From the NCBI RefSeq assembly GCF_046105845.1, contig NZ_CP151004.1: 64,000 bases of DNA; one strand, written 5' to 3'. The stretch comes from Escherichia coli (GTDB taxonomy: Bacteria > Pseudomonadota > Gammaproteobacteria > Enterobacterales > Enterobacteriaceae). This document shows, piece by piece, positions 18,765-28,442 of this stretch. The first letter of the stretch is position 1. Each line of letters starts with the position of its first letter. The translations under genes were made by a program, and so were the position numbers. The notes under the pieces are model-generated. The model did no database searches, was not told where the DNA came from, and saw only the letters and a program-made list of their open reading frames with translations.

Positions 18765-18780
18765 ACACATAACCACTGTT
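18765..18780. promoter_or_regulatory. LexA (SOS) box
   Basis: CTGTTTATATTTACAG, a perfect CTGT-N8-ACAG box about 30 bp upstream of the 18733 start. Confidence 0.6.
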
Positions 18781-18885
18781 TATATTTACAGTATATAATA
18801 ATCTTACTGATGTAAAACGTTTTTTTACGTTCATCGGCCTGATATGCCTGGTATTATTAAGAGCACGAATTGTTAACCCGCGTAA

Positions 18886-21300
18886 TTAATATAGGTTCCG
18901 CCACTTATCATCTTCCTTCAGACGCTGGTTCCGATAGAAGATACGCAGGCCTGCTCCTGACGGAATACTGCCGCCGCGAAGGAGCAAATCGACTTCTTTC
19001 TCGCTGCCATCAAATCCCCTGGACTTCAGTTCATAGACGAGCTGCTGTCGCTGATGGTCTGTAATTCGCTGTTTGTAGTCTTTACGCCGTTTCGGTTTCA
19101 CCTGGCGTAACCTTGCAGCCAGTTCCCGGCGCTCTTTTTTGCTCATACTGTGCAGGTAATCGTGCAACTCCTTGTCATTCATACGGGTAATATCCGTTCT
19201 GGAGTCCGCATCAGCTGATTTGTCTTTCCCTTGTTGGTTCAAATTTTCAGCAAGGGGACAGTTATTGCCACGAGTCCAAGGGGCGCAAGCGCCCTGGTCG
19301 GCTGCCGCCTCCTGAACGTCAACGACCTTACGAACCATTTTCCATTTCATTGCATGAGTGCAGATCTTGCCCTGTACAATGGGTGACCAGATGCCATAAA
19401 TACGAATACCGTGATCGCCATAAGCGGTCGGCTCTTCGTTAATTTCATAAGCTGTTCTGATAAGGTGATATTTGCGGGGAACCAGTACGCCGCCCTGCTT
19501 CATGATGTAGGTGGCAAAACAGCCAGCATCAGCGGCAGCCAGGATGGCATCAAGGCGCGGGTCATCCAGTACCGGCGCACCTGCTTTTTTGTCACCCTGT
19601 TGCCTTGCCGCCTGACCAGCCAGCAAGCGAAGTTCACGGTACGCCTGACGCCCCGGAATACCAAAGAAGCGGAACTGCTGAACACGATGCAGAGACGCCC
19701 AGGCATTAACGTATTCGGCGTTATCACGCAGGGATTTACCCGTTTCCTTGCTGATCTCGCCAGCCAGACCACGTCCGTCAATGTTCTTACTGATGTATTT
19801 CGCGATGTAGCTTGTCGGCGTTCCTTTGCGCGGGTTTATCAGCTCAGACTTAAAGCGTGGACCCGTGTTATTGCCCAGTTCCTCGCGGTCTTCACGGATG
19901 GCAAACTTACGCAACAATGCAGTAATGGCGCGGCGGTCTTTTTTGCGCATGAAACACATGAGATGCCAGTGCACAGTACCGTCATGGTGCGGCTCAGCCA
20001 CCCGCACGCCATACCAGCGCAACCCGGCTTTGTGCATAGCCTTACGAAATGCAGCAAACATGCCGACCAGATAATCGCTGCTTTGTCTTACCGTCGCATT
20101 TGTCCAGGTTGGGTTTGGTCTGCCGTTATTGAGCGTAGAATGGAAACGTGACGGACAGGTAATGGTGTAGAAAACGGCGCAGTCACCACGCATTTCCGCG
20201 ATAAGCTCCAGACCTTTAACACAGGCCATCATCTCATTGCGGCGGTGCGCCGGGTTGCTGCTGCTGGCGTTTACCACGTCTTCCATATCCAGCGTGTCGC
20301 CGTCTTCGTTCACCAGTTCATGAGAACGGAAAAACTCCAGCGACTTGCGGCGCTGCTCACGTTTATGCGTCACTGCTTCATAGCTGACATAGGGAGATGC
20401 TTTTTTGCTGACCAGGCAGACAGCACGCAACTGCTCTTCCCGCCATTCGCAACGTATCTTCCACAATTTTCGATACCACCAGTCGGCGCAAAGCATACGT
20501 GCCAGCGAACCCGGTATGAGTTCATAGGGCACGGGTTTGCGGCGGTTTCTTTTCCGACGGAGTTTCTCAAACGCAGGCGGGATAACATCCAGACGCAGGG
20601 TTTCCGCTGCCACCTTTTCCCATGTCTTGCGGATTTCTTCTGGCTTAACGTCATCGGTGGCATACAAATCACCACAAGCGGCCTCAAGACACATGCTCAT
20701 ATGCGCTGCTACCAAGGTGGACAGGCGTTTTACCTGATCCTGACTCATTTCAGGCAGGATCAGCAGGCCCTCAAGCCCTTGATGGCTTGCCATAAAACGG
20801 AAAGAAGCGGATAGCTGACTGTCGCGTACATACTCCAGTCGCTCCAGACATGACTTAATCGTCTCACGCAAATAGCGGGAATAAGCCTTTGGCCTGCCCA
20901 GGCTGCTGAAGTATTCGATACGTTGCATCAGCGGCTTGCTGATGTGGGTGGGCTGGGCGCTGACGTCCGCCAGAATGACCATGTCCGGGTTAAAACGCTG
21001 CTGCTCATGCGCCAGCTTTGCCCGACTAATGAGATTATCCTGCTCCATTTCGCGCTGGACAGGATCACGGGATTCATTAAAGAAATAACGCTCCCAGACC
21101 TGCTCACTCAGTGCATCGCGGCGCAGCTGTTCCTGCTCGTTATCGGCAGCGTACAGAGTGATCATGTTTGAAAGTGCAGACTCCGGCGCAACTTCCGCCG
21201 GGTCCAGATAAGGGTTAATGGCCTTTTTCGGGCCGTTCCATGAAAATGCTGCAGCGGCCTCGTTAAAGCCGCTAGAGTTGCTCATATCATCATGACTCAT
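18886..21300 (-). CDS. A: Replication initiation endonuclease (P2 gpA-like, rolling circle)
   Basis: 804-aa ORF, characteristic size and position. Confidence 0.85.
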   Translation of the reverse strand: MSHDDMSNSSGFNEAAAAFSWNGPKKAINPYLDPAEVAPESALSNMITLYAADNEQEQLRRDALSEQVWERYFFNESRDPVQREMEQDNLISRAKLAHEQQRFNPDMVILADVSAQPTHISKPLMQRIEYFSSLGRPKAYSRYLRETIKSCLERLEYVRDSQLSASFRFMASHQGLEGLLILPEMSQDQVKRLSTLVAAHMSMCLEAACGDLYATDDVKPEEIRKTWEKVAAETLRLDVIPPAFEKLRRKRNRRKPVPYELIPGSLARMLCADWWYRKLWKIRCEWREEQLRAVCLVSKKASPYVSYEAVTHKREQRRKSLEFFRSHELVNEDGDTLDMEDVVNASSSNPAHRRNEMMACVKGLELIAEMRGDCAVFYTITCPSRFHSTLNNGRPNPTWTNATVRQSSDYLVGMFAAFRKAMHKAGLRWYGVRVAEPHHDGTVHWHLMCFMRKKDRRAITALLRKFAIREDREELGNNTGPRFKSELINPRKGTPTSYIAKYISKNIDGRGLAGEISKETGKSLRDNAEYVNAWASLHRVQQFRFFGIPGRQAYRELRLLAGQAARQQGDKKAGAPVLDDPRLDAILAAADAGCFATYIMKQGGVLVPRKYHLIRTAYEINEEPTAYGDHGIRIYGIWSPIVQGKICTHAMKWKMVRKVVDVQEAAADQGACAPWTRGNNCPLAENLNQQGKDKSADADSRTDITRMNDKELHDYLHSMSKKERRELAARLRQVKPKRRKDYKQRITDHQRQQLVYELKSRGFDGSEKEVDLLLRGGSIPSGAGLRIFYRNQRLKEDDKWRNLY

Positions 21301-22154
21301 ACACGCACCTCGTACACAGCAGAACTATCCACGCCACGCGAAGGATCAAATCCCACCCAGCAGCGCGCCCCGGAAACAGCAATGATTTCTGTTGCAGATT
21401 TACTCTCGCCAGCCGACACGCCGATGCTGCGTTTTGCCTTGATGTAGTGGTGAGTGAAATTGCGATACAGCGAACGAATCAGGGATGTGTCACTGTTAGA
21501 AACAATGACCGGATGACCTTCAGATGATCGATGTTCAAGAACGGATGCCAGGTGATACTGGTCATCCTCAGTGAAGCCATCAGTGTGATAGCCGGAAAAC
21601 GTACCGTCATAAGGCGGATCGCAATACACCACATCCCCCGCCTTCAACATCGCCAGCGTTTCATCAAAGCTGGCGCAGATAAACGTTGCTCGCTGGGCTT
21701 TTTCTGCAAATTTGCGAATTTCTTTTTCAGGGAAATACGGATTTTTATAATTCCCGTAGGGAATGTTGAAATGCCCGCTCTTGTTATAGCGACATAACCC
21801 ACGGTAACCATGACGATTGAGATACAGGAAATATACCGCTTTCATGAAATCAGTAATTTCAGTGGAGTAATTAAACTCCTGCCTTATGTTGTAATAAGCC
21901 ACCTCCCTGTTTGCTTCCTCAAATAAAGCTCTGGCACGAGATATAAACGCCTCGCAATCAGCAGCAACCTTTTTATAGAGGTTGATTAAATCAGGATTAA
22001 TATCCGCAACAAGATAGCTGGGGTAATCCGTCTCTATCATCACAGCACAAGAACCCGCGAAAGGTTCAACCAGTCGCGGGCCAGCAGGAAGGTATTTTTT
22101 CAGTTCTGGCATAATGGCGGTTTTATTACCCGCCCATTTCAGGATGGTGCTCAT
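21297..22154 (-). CDS. DNA adenine methyltransferase (Dam family)
   Basis: From internal start [11 protein letters not shown]...; motifs LVEPFAGS and DPPY; stop overlaps the A start. Confidence 0.85.
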
Positions 22155-22378
22155 ACAGCACCTCCGTTGTAATGTTTGCCTTTCAGCTCTGCGATTTCCT
22201 GACAGGTAATGCAAAGCTGCACACCCGGAATGGCGCGACGTCGTGCTGGCGGAATTGGTGCTTCACACTCAATGCAAAGCACGCGGGATACGCCCGGCGT
22301 TTTGGCGCGGGCAGCACGGATATGACGCTGGCGTTCTTCTTCAACGCGCTGCTGTACGAGATCCATTGCATCAGCCAT
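22151..22378 (-). CDS. DksA/TraR-type C4 zinc-finger protein
   Basis: 75 aa, CIECEAPIPPARRRAIPGVQLCITCQ. Confidence 0.7.
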   Translation of the reverse strand: MADAMDLVQQRVEEERQRHIRAARAKTPGVSRVLCIECEAPIPPARRRAIPGVQLCITCQEIAELKGKHYNGGAV

Positions 22379-22617
22379 CAGTGGATCTCCTGCGCTTCGT
22401 TCTGGATTGCTTCAGCAGTCACACGCAGCAGTTCTGCCGCTTCGACGTGGTTTAGCTGGCGGGATGTGATATGAGACGCCAGGCTATCAAGGCGAGCTGC
22501 CATTGCTTCAGCCCTTGCCCGGCGTTCTTCCAGACGAGCCTCTGTCAGTAAAATATTAAGCCCTGCATCATCCGGTCCGGTTTTAGTCATGAGGGTTTCA
22601 ATATTACGCATAATCAA
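22378..22617 (-). CDS. Hypothetical phage protein
   Basis: 79-aa ORF in the early operon, tightly packed with neighbours. Confidence 0.5.
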   Translation of the reverse strand: MIMRNIETLMTKTGPDDAGLNILLTEARLEERRARAEAMAARLDSLASHITSRQLNHVEAAELLRVTAEAIQNEAQEIH

Positions 22618-22678
22618 TTCTCCTGAATTTAGATAAAGGGATGCCTGGCGGGTTTACGCCATGAATTTCATTAGTTGG

Positions 22679-23020
22679 TTAATTCGGCATGGTTAGCCGT
22701 CTGGGAAATAAGCTCACCACTGCACGAAAATGATTCATTGCTTTAATCAGCTCCCGCTTTTCGTCAGTGGTCAGCTCATTAATGCTGATGCTATGACGTT
22801 CAGCTGGAATTTTTGCCATAAAGAATATGGCAGCCAGTGCCCGTTTATTTTGTTCATTATTGATATCCCGTGGATCACGCATATCTTTAATAAACCGCTC
22901 AAGCTCTGACTCAATATTCAGGCCAAAAACTTTCGCTCTTAATTCCGCAATATGATTAAGTCCATTCAGGCGTTCACCGGGGCTTAATGGAACAGTCGCC
23001 GCAGCGCCTTCAATAGCCAT
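22679..23020 (-). CDS. Hypothetical phage protein
   Basis: 113-aa ORF in the early operon. Confidence 0.5.
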   Translation of the reverse strand: MAIEGAAATVPLSPGERLNGLNHIAELRAKVFGLNIESELERFIKDMRDPRDINNEQNKRALAAIFFMAKIPAERHSISINELTTDEKRELIKAMNHFRAVVSLFPRRLTMPN

Positions 23021-23214
23021 TGGTTCCCCCGTTTTTTCGTTGATAGTTCTGCCAGCAATTCATCTTGTGAACGGCACGGATGCCAGCGTTTACCATCCTC
23101 ACCCATGATCCAGCCGTGACCGTAGTGCATTGCCGGACTTTGTTTTACCAGCAGCGATGCAAATGATGGTTCTTTCGTCAGCATAAGCACCTCACAGCAA
23201 ACCGAATGAAGCAC
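22984..23214 (-). CDS. Hypothetical phage protein
   Basis: 76-aa ORF overlapping neighbours by a few codons; start uncertain. Confidence 0.4.
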   Translation of the reverse strand: MLHSVCCEVLMLTKEPSFASLLVKQSPAMHYGHGWIMGEDGKRWHPCRSQDELLAELSTKKRGNQWLLKALRRLFH

Positions 23215-23701
23215 CGAGGCCAGTCACGGTATCAACTGCACTCGCCATCGCAGGATTAGCCTGTAAACGGGCCTGCAATGAAACAGCAGCCAGCGCCATC
23301 AGTCGTGTAACAGAGTTAATGCTGCTGATCGCATCACGACGGCCTGCACTGGTTTTTACATCGCCAGAAACCGCACCTGCCGCGACACGCCCTATCTCTG
23401 CAGTTGCACTCATGACGTAATGCGGCAGTTTCTCTTTTGCCACCTCATTAATCGGTACACATGGCAGGCAGTGAATCTGTGCCAGAAAGCCATCTACCAG
23501 CGTTGAATCTTCAGTCAGATCGGTAAGCAGCCAGATTTCTGGCGCATTGAGCTGATGCGGTTGATCTGGGTTGAGTTTGTTTCGCAGAGTCTGGACATTC
23601 ATTCCTGCACGTTCTGCCAGCTTCGCCATATTGTGACGAAGTGCAAAAGCTCTACAGGCTTCATCAAAATGCGGGTGTTTGGAAACTTGGTAATCAAACA
23701 T
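23192..23701 (-). CDS. cII: Lysogeny establishment regulator CII (186 type)
   Basis: [50 protein letters not shown]... resembles 186 CII. Confidence 0.85.
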   Translation of the reverse strand: MFDYQVSKHPHFDEACRAFALRHNMAKLAERAGMNVQTLRNKLNPDQPHQLNAPEIWLLTDLTEDSTLVDGFLAQIHCLPCVPINEVAKEKLPHYVMSATAEIGRVAAGAVSGDVKTSAGRRDAISSINSVTRLMALAAVSLQARLQANPAMASAVDTVTGLGASFGLL

Positions 23702-23733
23702 GGTCAATGCCTCTGATGTATTTCAGAATCGAA

Positions 23734-23955
23734 CTAATTAAGGTTTAGATTGCATTCTGAAAGCGCATCAACGGTCATGGCTGCTATGTTGATCATCACT
23801 TTTTCGCGTTTTTTATCTTTCCGCAGACGGTGACGGATAAGACGTCCATCAGCCAACATGTCATTGATAGTATCGATGGATAGCCCTGTCAGCTCGCTAT
23901 AACGTTCAATAGTCACATGAGGCGTGGTAAGAGTGATTGAAATGTTAGGTTTCAT
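23734..23955 (-). CDS. apl: Apl/Cox-like excisionase-repressor
   Basis: 73-aa HTH protein, first gene of the lytic operon, divergent from cI. Confidence 0.65.
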   Translation of the reverse strand: MKPNISITLTTPHVTIERYSELTGLSIDTINDMLADGRLIRHRLRKDKKREKVMINIAAMTVDALSECNLNLN

Positions 23956-24080
23956 GATGCAACATTCCTCGTTTAATGTTGATTAATCAGGACGAATACG
24001 GATCGTTTGTATTTTGTGAACATCATAAACATACGATCGCATAATGAAATCGTCAAGACAAAAGTTCACTTGGAGTGACC
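23956..24080. promoter_or_regulatory. Lysis-lysogeny switch region (face-to-face pR/pL type, inferred)
   Basis: ~120-bp AT-rich interval between divergent apl and cI with short repeats (ATACGGATCG / ATACGATCGC). Confidence 0.45.
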
Positions 24081-24650
24081 ATGAATTTGGAGAAAGGCGG
24101 ACGAGGCGCTATAGAGCGCATGGTAGAAGCATATGGCTTCAAGACTCGACAGGCGTTGTGCGATCACTTAGGAATCTCTAAAAGTACTCTCGCCACACGC
24201 TATATGCGTGACTCATTCCCTGCTGAATGGGTAATCCAGTGCGCACTTGAAACGGGCGCCTCGCTTAACTGGCTCACGACCGGACATGGTTCAAAGCAAA
24301 CTTCAGGTAATACAAATACTATGGAAGTCGTTAAATATGTATTATCTGATGGAACCTTGCAGGAAGATGGTTTTTATATTTTCGATAAAGAATTTCTACC
24401 ATCTACGCTCAAAAATCCGTTTGTAATCACCGATAACAATTCCGTTTTTATTTGCGATAAAGAGTTTAACGATATTCGTGACGGCAAATGGGTAATAAGT
24501 ATTGATGCCGAAGTAACAATCCGCGATATCACTCGTTTACCTGGTGGAAGAATCTTAGTTGAAGGTGGAAATAGGGCTTTCGAATGTAAAAAAGAAGAAA
24601 TCGAAATTATTGGAAAAATTATAAGCATAACAGTTAAGTACTTTGAGTAA
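24081..24650 (+). CDS. cI: Immunity repressor CI (186 type)
   Basis: ATG at 24081 after a GGAG RBS; ...IERMVEAYGFKTRQALCDHLGISKSTLATRYMRD..CALETGASLNWLTTG...ITRLPGG...FECK... Confidence 0.85.
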   Translation: MNLEKGGRGAIERMVEAYGFKTRQALCDHLGISKSTLATRYMRDSFPAEWVIQCALETGASLNWLTTGHGSKQTSGNTNTMEVVKYVLSDGTLQEDGFYIFDKEFLPSTLKNPFVITDNNSVFICDKEFNDIRDGKWVISIDAEVTIRDITRLPGGRILVEGGNRAFECKKEEIEIIGKIISITVKYFE

Positions 24651-24700
24651 TATAGGAATGTTTTTATGCTTGGTAAAGCATTTGTTGTGGTGTAAAAAAT

Positions 24701-25624
24701 ATGTCAACTCAAAAATTAAAATTTAGCCATATCAAAAACGATCTGAAAGCAATAGTTATGCAGAATCGTGGAGGGCAAAAAGTTATTGAGCGTATACTCC
24801 TAGCCTATGGCTTCAAGTCACGACAGGCATTATGTAATCATCTAGGTATTTCCCAAAGTACTATGGCCAACAGATATGCACGTAATACCTTTCCTGCAGA
24901 TTGGGTTGTTATATGTTCCATAGAAACAGGAGCATCAATTGAATGGTTAGTTCTTGGTTCAGATACTGCTCCTTCATCAGAGCAATATTCTGAAAAACAT
25001 GCCGTTAATGGCCTTTGCAATGAAGTATACATTCCCACTATAAAGTTCGATAATGAAAAACTCATGAATTTTAACCGAGGGGGTAAGGCAACAATAGAAC
25101 GAATTGTCGAGGCTTACGGTTACAAAACGCGCCAAGCATTAGCTGATCACCTAGGTATTTCAAAAAGCACATTAGCCACACGATACATGCGTGACATTTT
25201 TCCTGCAGACTGGGTTTTGCAGTGTGCAATAGAAACGGGCCATTCTATTGAATGGATTTCATTTGGTACAGGAGAAATGAAAAACACAAAAAATAAAGAT
25301 ACTTTAACATTAGTGAAAAAAGTATTAATCAATGGCAAGTTAATAAATGATGGCTCATATTTATTTGACCCATGCTTTCTACCTTCCAATTTAAAAAATG
25401 CATTCGTAGTATCTACCGAAGACTCTGAATTAATATGTGAAATGGGTTTTAAAGATGTACATGATGGTAAGTGGCTAGTAAATATTGATGGAGAGAATTC
25501 ATTTAGAATGATAACTCGACTACCTAAAGGACGAGTTTATATTTCATCCCAAAATCACTCTTTTGAATGTTCGCTTACAGACATTGAGTTTATTGCAAAA
25601 GTTATTATAAGTTGTTTACATTAA
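24701..25624 (+). CDS. CI paralogue with tandem duplicated N-terminal HTH domains plus a CI-like C-terminal domain
   Basis: 307 aa; residues ~22-90 and ~125-190 each resemble the CI N-domain (the second carries ISKSTLATRYMRD, identical to CI); C-terminal FECSLTDIEF region parallels the CI C-domain. Confidence 0.8.
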   Translation: MSTQKLKFSHIKNDLKAIVMQNRGGQKVIERILLAYGFKSRQALCNHLGISQSTMANRYARNTFPADWVVICSIETGASIEWLVLGSDTAPSSEQYSEKHAVNGLCNEVYIPTIKFDNEKLMNFNRGGKATIERIVEAYGYKTRQALADHLGISKSTLATRYMRDIFPADWVLQCAIETGHSIEWISFGTGEMKNTKNKDTLTLVKKVLINGKLINDGSYLFDPCFLPSNLKNAFVVSTEDSELICEMGFKDVHDGKWLVNIDGENSFRMITRLPKGRVYISSQNHSFECSLTDIEFIAKVIISCLH

Positions 25625-25649
25625 GTAAATTTTTCATGGAGACTTCATA

Positions 25650-27167
25650 GTGAAATGTGGTGATTGTAATTGGAACTGGGATGAAGAAACTACCTTTATA
25701 TTAGACGACGAAGAGGAAATTCTTTCCAAAGACAAACTTAATCGGAGACACTATGCAGAATATCTATATTTTTATCTTAAGGAAAAGGGGCAAAAGAACA
25801 ACACGGTAATCAACCTTAATGCAGAATGGGGAGCTGGTAAAAGTTTTTTCATAAAGAGATTTTATAACTCAATAAAAGATGCACACCCATGCGTTTACAT
25901 TGATGCCTGGAAGCAAGACTTTTCTGATGATGCATTTTTAACCCTTTTTTCTTCTTTGTCACAACAATTGCAAACATATGCAGGAAAACTTGATGCTCGA
26001 TTGATACAAAGCGGCCATGCTATCGGACGCTTTACAAAAGGTGTTCTACCTGAAATCATATCTGGCCTAATCAAGACTTATGCAGGAGTAGATAACGTAG
26101 GTGATATAGCCAAAGAAGCCTCATTAATAATGCTGAAGGAACACCAGGAAAAACTGAAGAGCATTAAGGTATTAAAAAAAGAACTAACGTTATGGTCTAG
26201 GTTGGCATATGAAAATAGTTTTTCATGTCCTATATTTATCTTTATAGATGAATTAGACAGATGCAGGCCAGATTATGCAATTTCTCTTTTAGAGATTGTT
26301 AAACATATATTCGATATTAAAAATTTTGTCTTTATTATTGCTACTGACACAGATCAATTACAACATTCAATCAAGAATGTTTACGGTAATGATTTTTCCG
26401 CAAATGACTATTTAGGCCGTTTTTTTCATAGAAGATTTACTTTAAAACAACCTGAACTTAAAGATTTAATTAATGGTGTTATTGGTGATTATATTGGTAC
26501 CGATTTTGAAAATATCACATCAAAAACATACCCACTAACAGCAACATTAGAAGACTTTTCAATAAATATTTCCAACGTATTTGAAGCATTTGGGTTAAAT
26601 CTAAGAGACTCAATCCGAAATACTGAAAGGTTAATAGACATTCTTAAATCTGATTTAGTCAAAAAGAAAGTAGATTATATTTTTATAATTTCGCTAATGA
26701 TTATATATGATAAGGATCGTCAAATTATAGATGGACTAATTGGTCGAAGAAATGCAGCACAACGTTTCACTGATTCGATAAAGCAAAGCTCCAATTTAAA
26801 AGGTGTTTCTCAAGCCATCCTTGAATTAAATCTTGATACAAATCAGCAAAGAATAGGTGTCAATTATATCTATAGAACGGCGAGCAGTAGATTATTCATC
26901 TCACAGATCGAGCCCAAAATAAATTTAACATTAATAAATTACTTAGATGTTGCATTGTATTTTATTAATAATATAAACATGCTTAAATCAAGTATAAAAA
27001 ACAATGGGCAAAATTCACTAATGATTATATCTCAACAAGGCCCTATTGATGGTGATACAGCTATAAAGTATTTGCAAGGAGCCCTTATAGAGAATGGTCT
27101 GAATACATCTTTTTATGCCTTACATAATTACATTGAATTAATTGAACTGGCCACATCATTTGATTAA
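25650..27167 (+). CDS. KAP-family P-loop NTPase
   Basis: 505 aa, GTG start with GGAGA RBS; NLNAEWGAGKSFF (Walker A), IDAWKQDFSDDAFLTLF, IFIFIDELDRCRPDYAISLLEIVKHIF (Walker B), all hallmark KAP motifs; AT-rich. Confidence 0.85.
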   Translation: MKCGDCNWNWDEETTFILDDEEEILSKDKLNRRHYAEYLYFYLKEKGQKNNTVINLNAEWGAGKSFFIKRFYNSIKDAHPCVYIDAWKQDFSDDAFLTLFSSLSQQLQTYAGKLDARLIQSGHAIGRFTKGVLPEIISGLIKTYAGVDNVGDIAKEASLIMLKEHQEKLKSIKVLKKELTLWSRLAYENSFSCPIFIFIDELDRCRPDYAISLLEIVKHIFDIKNFVFIIATDTDQLQHSIKNVYGNDFSANDYLGRFFHRRFTLKQPELKDLINGVIGDYIGTDFENITSKTYPLTATLEDFSINISNVFEAFGLNLRDSIRNTERLIDILKSDLVKKKVDYIFIISLMIIYDKDRQIIDGLIGRRNAAQRFTDSIKQSSNLKGVSQAILELNLDTNQQRIGVNYIYRTASSRLFISQIEPKINLTLINYLDVALYFINNINMLKSSIKNNGQNSLMIISQQGPIDGDTAIKYLQGALIENGLNTSFYALHNYIELIELATSFD

Positions 27168-27229
27168 AAGCATTGTTTGAATAAACTAAACCATACATTG
27201 ACCACTGGTCAAACATACAGTTAAATTTA

Positions 27230-27253
27230 GCCCTCTGATATGAGGGCTTTATT
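27230..27253 (+). terminator. Weak hairpin upstream of int
   Basis: GCCCTC-tgatat-GAGGGC followed by TTTATT. Confidence 0.35.
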
Positions 27254-28306
27254 ATGGCAGTACGAAAACTCACCACAGGAAAATGGCTTTGCGAATGTTA
27301 CCCCGCCGGACGTAGTGGGCGTCGTGTGCGTAAACAATTCGCCACCAAAGGCGAAGCACTGGCTTTTGAGCGTCACACGATGGAAGAAACCGAAGCAAAG
27401 CCCTGGCTGGGTGAATCAGTGGATCGTCGAACACTGAAAGACGTGGTTGAGCTATGGTTCAAACTACATGGTAAATCTCTGACTGCTGGGCAGCATGTCT
27501 ATGACAAATTGCTGCTGATGGTTGACGCTCTGGGCAATCCCCTTGCAACTGATCTAACCTCTAAAATGTTTGCCCACTATCGAGATAAACGCCTGACAGG
27601 TGAGATCTACTTCAGTGAGAAATGGAAGAAAGGAGCAAGCCCGGTCACCATTAACCTGGAGCAAAGCTATCTAAGTAGTGTTTTTAGCGAACTATCCCGC
27701 CTGGGCGAATGGTCGTATCCGAACCCACTGGAGAACATGCGAAAATTCACCATCGCAGAAAAAGAGATGGCATGGCTTACCCATGAGCAGATTGTTGAAT
27801 TACTAGCTGATTGCAAACGTCAGGACCCAATTCTGGCACTGGTAGTTAAGATATGCTTAAGCACAGGCGCACGCTGGCGAGAAGCCGTAAATCTTACCCG
27901 CTCACAGGTGACCAAATACCGAATTACCTTTGTAAGAACGAAGGGGAAGAAAAACAGAAGCATCCCTATCAGTAAAGAGCTTTACGAAGAGATCATGGCG
28001 CTTGATGGGTTCAATTTCTTCACAGACTGCTATTTTCAATTTTTATCCGTGATGGAAAAAACGTCTATCGTGCTCCCTCGCGGTCAACTCACACACGTTC
28101 TGCGCCATACGTTTGCGGCGCACTTCATGATGTCGGGTGGAAACATTCTGGCTTTACAAAAAATTCTCGGACACCACGATATAAAAATGACTATGCGTTA
28201 CGCACATCTGGCACCGGATCATCTGGAAACGGCGCTCCGTTTCAATCCTCTGGCAACGCTGCCAAGTGGCGACAAAGTGGCGGCAGCGGTTGGCATTACC
28301 CCGTAA
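27254..28306 (+). CDS. int: Tyrosine integrase (P2/186 Int family)
   Basis: 350 aa; C-terminal catalytic region ...HVLRHTFAAHFMMSGGNILALQKILGHHDIKMTMRYAHL. Confidence 0.9.
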   Translation: MAVRKLTTGKWLCECYPAGRSGRRVRKQFATKGEALAFERHTMEETEAKPWLGESVDRRTLKDVVELWFKLHGKSLTAGQHVYDKLLLMVDALGNPLATDLTSKMFAHYRDKRLTGEIYFSEKWKKGASPVTINLEQSYLSSVFSELSRLGEWSYPNPLENMRKFTIAEKEMAWLTHEQIVELLADCKRQDPILALVVKICLSTGARWREAVNLTRSQVTKYRITFVRTKGKKNRSIPISKELYEEIMALDGFNFFTDCYFQFLSVMEKTSIVLPRGQLTHVLRHTFAAHFMMSGGNILALQKILGHHDIKMTMRYAHLAPDHLETALRFNPLATLPSGDKVAAAVGITP

Positions 28307-28442
28307 TAACCACCACTGACCACCAACCCAACTTATTGTTTTTACTCTAAGTTATTGTTTTCATTAACCCGTTTACATAAATGGGTAATTTGTATTGTTG
28401 AATAGCATCTGATGAGAAATTGATGCTAATATTATAAACATA
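28307..28442. other. Junction between the P2/186-like prophage (int side) and the lambdoid element; expected position of the P2-type att core
   Basis: AT-rich 136-bp interval between the int stop and the first lambdoid gene. Confidence 0.4.

Larger units (their letters stand above)
1..28310. mobile_element. P2/186-like prophage, partial (int-proximal end inside window, tail-sheath end runs off position 1)
   Basis: Contiguous P2-type gene order FI-(invertase)-G-H-I-J-W-V-S-R-lysis-X-L-M-N-O / P-Q / cos / A / dam / cII-apl / cI-int; right boundary inferred from int stop at 28306. Confidence 0.85.

Noticed and set aside
19411-20151. 246-aa plus-strand ORF inside replication gene A
   Set aside because: Antisense to gpA-like coding sequence; no motifs.
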